A stretch of DNA of 64,000 nt from Minisyncoccota bacterium. GTDB lineage: Bacteria > Patescibacteriota > Minisyncoccia > Phycocordibacterales > SW-6-46-9. Shown here piece after piece: positions 59,659 to 64,000 of this stretch. The notes under the pieces are model-generated. The model worked only from the letters and a program-made list of their open reading frames with translations, did no database searches and had not been told where the DNA came from. Each line of letters opens with the position of its first letter. Position 1 is the first letter of the stretch. Position numbers and translations under genes: made by a program. The DNA lies in the NCBI GenBank assembly GCA_040905385.1, contig JBBDRP010000002.1, positions 679,010 to 743,009 on the forward strand, written 5' to 3'.

Positions 59659-61566
59659 TTACTGCTCAAGTGCAAAAATGCGCTCGGACTTATTAAGCTC
59701 GTACCGAACCTCGGTTACGGTATCGTACTCATACTCGGTCGGCTCTGGATTCAGTGGCCAGAAGTAGAGAATCAGCGGCATCGAGATGGCAATTATCAAA
59801 ATCTCCAGCGGCAGACCGACCTTCCAGAAGTCGCGGTACTTGTATCCACCCGACCCCATCACCAGCGCGTTTGATTCGTGTGCCGTCGGGGTCAGAAAGG
59901 CCATGTTGGCACCGACCGCCACTGCCATCAGGAGCGGATCAATAGACACCCCAATTGTCTCGGCAATCAGAATACCAACAGGAGCCATCACCACCGCGGC
60001 TACGTTTGCATTCACAAAATCAGACATCAGCGTTGTCACCAGCATCACCGCCAGTACCATCAAGGCTGGCGACAGGTAATCAGCCAGCCCGAGAATTCCG
60101 TCGGCAATTTGCCCAGCACCACCGCTAATAACCAGCGCCTGTCCAAAGGTAATAATCGCTCCCAACAGTACGACGATAGACCAATCAACGCTTTCGTACG
60201 CTTCCTTGATACCGGTCATGTCCAGCAGCACCACCGCTACCGCCGCTGCAAGAAAAGCAATATGAATATCGAGAATACCAAAGGAGGCGACCACAATGGC
60301 GAGTATAAAAATAGCCAAGGTTTTAAAGATGGCAGTCGAACGACCGAGCTTCAGGTCGCGATTCTCTAGCGGCAGACCCTTGAAGGCATCAACGGTGTAG
60401 TTAACGCTTTCCTCTCGACCACGAAGTAGCATTACATCACCCACCTTAAAGTGCACATCATCAAGATGCTTGTTCAGCTGCCCGCCAGACCGTGACACCG
60501 CCAGAAGATTTACCCCGTAACGAAGGTTCAGCGGCATCTGCTTCCAGGTACTGTCAACCAACCGAGATTTTCGCGTTACCACCACCTCGGCATCGATCAC
60601 CTCATCATCGGGATCGGCTGCCCCCTCCTCGGCATGCTCGCCAACCAGATCAAGCCCGGCAGCCTCGACCAGCTCGGTCAGTGACTCGGCATCATCCTGA
60701 ATCAGTAGAACATCACCAGCCTGCAGCTGGTGGCCAGATGACGGGTACGAAATCTTTTGGTAGTCACGAATCAACGCCACGAACACAACACGTGTATCAA
60801 CAATGCCTGCCAGCTCCTTAAGTGATTTACCAATCGATGATGATTCCTCGCCCACCTTGACCTCGGTGATGTAGTTCTCTACCTCGAAAAGTTCCGACTT
60901 TTCTGACTCACCGTGTCGGTTTGGAATCAGCCGCCAGGCCAGAAGTGCGAGAAAAAGCACTCCGACAACGATAATACCAGCACCGACCGTCGCAAAATCA
61001 AACAGGCTAAAGGCGGTACCGGTCGCCTGCTCTCGAAATTCAGAGACAATAATGTTGCGTGGCGAACCTATCAGCGTCAGGAAGGCTCCAAGATGCGATG
61101 CGAATGCCACAGGCATCAGAAACATTGCCGGCGACACATTGCTCTCCTTGGCCATCTTTACCGCGATCGGGATCGAGAAAGCCAAGGCACCGACATTGGC
61201 TAGGAAGGCCGAGGCGATGGATACAAACACTGTCAGCGTCAGAAGCTGAAGCACCGGCCGGCCAGCCAGCCCGGAAAAACGCCGGGTAACAATCTCGATA
61301 ACACCGGAATTCACCAGCGCCTGAGAAAGTACAAACATGGAAACGACGATGATAACGGCCGGATGCGAGAAGCCATAGAAGGCTGATTCGACGGGCATCA
61401 CCCCGGCGATCACAACAATCAAGAGTGCCAAAATCGCCACCATGTCATAACGAAGCTTGCCCCACATAAACATCACCAGCGCACCGACTAGTACCGCAAA
61501 GACGATAATCTGATCAGCTGGCAAGGCGGTGAGAAAATCCATAACTGTTGTATATATATCCATCAT
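59659..61566 (-). CDS. SLC13/CitT-like permease with TrkA-C domains
   Basis: SAF..N, TLIG..N, two RCK-C repeats, G.GGY...DF...G.PL. Confidence 0.85.
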   Translation of the reverse strand: MMDIYTTVMDFLTALPADQIIVFAVLVGALVMFMWGKLRYDMVAILALLIVVIAGVMPVESAFYGFSHPAVIIVVSMFVLSQALVNSGVIEIVTRRFSGLAGRPVLQLLTLTVFVSIASAFLANVGALAFSIPIAVKMAKESNVSPAMFLMPVAFASHLGAFLTLIGSPRNIIVSEFREQATGTAFSLFDFATVGAGIIVVGVLFLALLAWRLIPNRHGESEKSELFEVENYITEVKVGEESSSIGKSLKELAGIVDTRVVFVALIRDYQKISYPSSGHQLQAGDVLLIQDDAESLTELVEAAGLDLVGEHAEEGAADPDDEVIDAEVVVTRKSRLVDSTWKQMPLNLRYGVNLLAVSRSGGQLNKHLDDVHFKVGDVMLLRGREESVNYTVDAFKGLPLENRDLKLGRSTAIFKTLAIFILAIVVASFGILDIHIAFLAAAVAVVLLDMTGIKEAYESVDWSIVVLLGAIITFGQALVISGGAGQIADGILGLADYLSPALMVLAVMLVTTLMSDFVNANVAAVVMAPVGILIAETIGVSIDPLLMAVAVGANMAFLTPTAHESNALVMGSGGYKYRDFWKVGLPLEILIIAISMPLILYFWPLNPEPTEYEYDTVTEVRYELNKSERIFALEQ

Positions 61567-61587
61567 ATTGTAAAGATACTACCGAAA

Positions 61588-62334
61588 TTAAGCATCCGGC
61601 TCTTCTCTCTGCTCACTCTTTTCTTCGGTTGCTGCCTGCTTGGCCTGCTCATCTTCTTCGACCTCCTCCTCAATCTTTTTATCCTGATAGGCGCGCACCT
61701 TATTGAGATGAAAAAATGAGAAAATAATCACGCTGGCCAGCACGACGCCTAGCAGGTTCACAAAGAAAAGAGATACTGAACCAGTCAATAGATCTGTAGA
61801 AAAAAGTGCTAGCGAAACCCCAATCGCTGAAAGCGGCGGTACCAAGGATACAGAAATTGCTACGCCCGGCAGCGACATCGCCGTCTCCTCACTGACCCAC
61901 GCATAGCTGGCAACTACACCAGCCGCAAAGGAAATAAAGAAGTAGAGAAGTAGATCCGGATTCGTCAGCAGATCCAGCTCTGGTGTTAAATCTGAAACGC
62001 TAAAAAAGAATGTCGTCACCAGCGAGATGCTGATACCAATCGCCAGCGTTTTAAAAAGAATCTTGATGGCTCGCCAGATGGCGTCACGGCTGTCGGTTAC
62101 GACCCCCAACCCAAGCGCCAGAATCGGGAAAAGAATCGGTGCCACCAGCATAGCCCCCACAATCACGATGGAGTTGTTCATCAAGAGACCAATGGTGGTA
62201 ATAAAAGCCGAGGCCGAAAGCAGCAGATAAAAGTCGCCGTCGGCACGGGACTCATCGATGAGCTTTTTAACCGCGCGCTTCTGGCCAAAGATACCAGTCT
62301 TAAAAAAACCGTCTTCGTTTTCGGTGGTGTTCAT
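61588..62334 (-). CDS. DUF389-family membrane protein
   Basis: VGAMLVAP, LPGVAI..SLVPP. Confidence 0.85.
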   Translation of the reverse strand: MNTTENEDGFFKTGIFGQKRAVKKLIDESRADGDFYLLLSASAFITTIGLLMNNSIVIVGAMLVAPILFPILALGLGVVTDSRDAIWRAIKILFKTLAIGISISLVTTFFFSVSDLTPELDLLTNPDLLLYFFISFAAGVVASYAWVSEETAMSLPGVAISVSLVPPLSAIGVSLALFSTDLLTGSVSLFFVNLLGVVLASVIIFSFFHLNKVRAYQDKKIEEEVEEDEQAKQAATEEKSEQREEPDA

Positions 62335-62382
62335 TGCCCTTATTGTAGCAAATTAATAATGCGAGCATGCTACAATATCCAC

Positions 62383-62847
62383 ATGCTACAAGAAACCATA
62401 AGCGAAGACATGAAATCAGCACTCAAGACCGGCAAAAAGCTGCGTCTGAGTGTGCTGAGAAACATTAAATCAGAGATTTCCAACCAGCTGGTGACCAATG
62501 GAGAGAAGCCGGACGGTCAGCTACCGGACAAGGATGTTGTCGAGGTGATTGCGCGGCTGGCCAAGCAGCGTCGCGAGGCAGCCAGCGAGTTTGATGCCGG
62601 TGAGCGCGCAGAGATGGCTGACAAGGAACGTGCCGAGCTGGAAATTTTGGAAGAGTACCTCCCTGAAGCGATGGGTGATGACGAGCTAGAGACATTGGTC
62701 GAGTCAGTGATTGCCGAGGTCGGTGCCGAGGATATGAGCGGCATGGGGCAGGTCATGGGTAAGGTGATGGCCGAGACCGGGCCGGCGACTGATGGCGATA
62801 CCGTGCGCAAGCTGGTGGAAGAAAAGCTGAGTTCATCTACTTGTTAA
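62383..62847 (+). CDS. GatB/YqeY domain protein
   Basis: D.K.A.K, KQR.E, E..IL..YLP, MG.VMG. Confidence 0.92.
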   Translation: MLQETISEDMKSALKTGKKLRLSVLRNIKSEISNQLVTNGEKPDGQLPDKDVVEVIARLAKQRREAASEFDAGERAEMADKERAELEILEEYLPEAMGDDELETLVESVIAEVGAEDMSGMGQVMGKVMAETGPATDGDTVRKLVEEKLSSSTC

Positions 62848-62959
62848 ACAAGTAGATGAACGAAACCCAGCACTTTGCTAGCAAAGTGCTGGGTAAAAAA
62901 TTAAATAACTCACCCGGTTGAGTTATTTAGCAAAAAAGCCGCCCTCGGGCGGCTTTTTT
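62831..62959. repeat. Four consecutive palindromes, the last a bidirectional terminator
   Basis: Hairpins at about 62831-62861, 62865-62894, 62902-62929 and 62932-62959. Confidence 0.85.
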
Positions 62960-63131
62960 ATGGTGTGTTAGTTGTGGTTGTTGCCGGCAAGACCTGAATA
63001 CTGTCAGAACTACTACGTGTATCATTATCCATTACTTGTTCAGTAACCAGGATAATGCCCAGAGTAACGGTAACAATCACCAAAAATCCCAAAAGAAACT
63101 TCACAAAGTCTTCGTTAAATATCTCTTTCAT
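62958..63131 (-). CDS. Small single-TM protein (57 aa)
   Basis: MKEIFNEDFVKFLLGFLVIV..., translated by hand; below the ORF track cutoff. Confidence 0.45.
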   Translation of the reverse strand: MKEIFNEDFVKFLLGFLVIVTVTLGIILVTEQVMDNDTRSSSDSIQVLPATTTTNTP

Positions 63132-63159
63132 ACTGTATATTCTACCATTTCTTTCACAA

Positions 63160-63196
63160 TGTTAGACTTCCAATGTTAGACTTCGGAAGTCTAACA
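63160..63196. repeat. REP palindrome TGTTAGACTTCGGAAGTCTAACA plus a half copy
   Basis: Full copy 63174-63196, half copy starting at 63160. Confidence 0.9.
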
Positions 63197-63199
63197 TGG

Positions 63200-63862
63200 T
63201 CATACCTGAGGTGGTTCAAAGCCGCCTTTCGCGCTGCTTTCTTGTAAAAATTTCTTATATTCAGTGAAATCAGAGAATTGATCCCTGATAATTTCATCAC
63301 TAAGCAAATCTCCCCAGCGATTATTACCAGCTAAATCTCGGCAGCTCGACCAGGTGTAATCCCAGTAATTATTTCGCCATTTGGGTAATTCTTTAGGATT
63401 TTTATGCACGTAAGAGAAGAGGTATTGAAGCTGTGCATCGGAAGAAATATGGATCAAATTGTAGGCTCCTTCGAACACATGTCCCGACACGTCGTCATAC
63501 TTGGTATTGAAATAATTAGCAAAACCAATTAAGACGCGATGCATATATTTAGACACTCCTTTTTCGGAGATATTTTTTACTATTAAATGATAATGATTAG
63601 GCATTAAACAAAATGCGGCTAATTCTATATGTCTATCTTTAGCAATTTCAGCAACAACGTCATTATCAATTCGAAAATCACGCGAATCTTCATAATAATC
63701 AACGTATCGAGAAGTGTTATAAAAACGCCTATCAGACTGAAGATAGAGAATGTTGAATATAAACCGCAAATAATCACGCTTATGTCTAAATAAGGTTTGT
63801 TTCTTATCTCCTCGACCACAAATGTGGTAATACTCGCCTGGTGCTTGTATTTCTCTTTCCAT
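63200..63862 (-). CDS. REP-associated tyrosine transposase (RAYT, Y1 HUH)
   Basis: YYH..RG, MPNHYH, YFN.KY..GHVF, YVH.NP, Y.WSS. Confidence 0.9.
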   Translation of the reverse strand: MEREIQAPGEYYHICGRGDKKQTLFRHKRDYLRFIFNILYLQSDRRFYNTSRYVDYYEDSRDFRIDNDVVAEIAKDRHIELAAFCLMPNHYHLIVKNISEKGVSKYMHRVLIGFANYFNTKYDDVSGHVFEGAYNLIHISSDAQLQYLFSYVHKNPKELPKWRNNYWDYTWSSCRDLAGNNRWGDLLSDEIIRDQFSDFTEYKKFLQESSAKGGFEPPQV

Positions 63863-63881
63863 AATGTTCAGTATATCAAAC

Positions 63882-63952
63882 TGTTAGACTTCCGAAGTCT
63901 AACATAATAGTTTCAGATGGAGTTGCAACTGTTAGACTTCGGAAGTCTAACA
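63882..63952. repeat. Two REP palindromes in opposite orientation
   Basis: 63882-63904 and 63930-63952. Confidence 0.9.
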
Positions 63953-64000
63953 TGTAGGTGTAGGCGGATGTTTTTGGCGAACTTGTATTAATTAAGTCCC

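Noticed and set aside
63160-63952. CRISPR array suggested by repeated 23-bp palindromes
   Set aside because: Few copies, irregular spacing, they flank a RAYT, and no cas genes are present

Overview
This window comes from a small-genome Patescibacteria/CPR bacterium (Parcubacteria-type 16S; many D/E-rich proteins suggest a saline habitat). Bases 1-17190 are the right part of an accessory island ending at the 3' end of tRNA-Gln. The island carries a tight lexA-DUF2188-CD-NTase(AGS-C)-SLATT operon (CBASS-like), a ParB-methylase/methylase/HTH/terminase/large serine recombinase module with no visible capsid genes, a C5 type II R-M pair, and orphan cassettes bounded by a ~76-bp direct repeat. The rest is mostly core genome (mscS, nfo, pyrG, ftsEX, prfB, truB, msrA, rmuC, transporters). 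It also holds a stand-alone 16S rRNA with two insertions, an altered anti-SD tail and a structured trailer, a RelE-type TA pair, Zn and Cu modules with clear operators, six tRNAs and a RAYT/REP locus. The most striking pattern is at the tRNA genes. Four have a broken copy of their own 5' part upstream, and in two of these a free-standing endonuclease (LAGLIDADG, GIY-YIG) sits between the broken copy and the intact tRNA. Separately, a family of miniature elements duplicates tRNA 3' ends at the T-arm. All calls come from reading motifs by eye; no searches were run.
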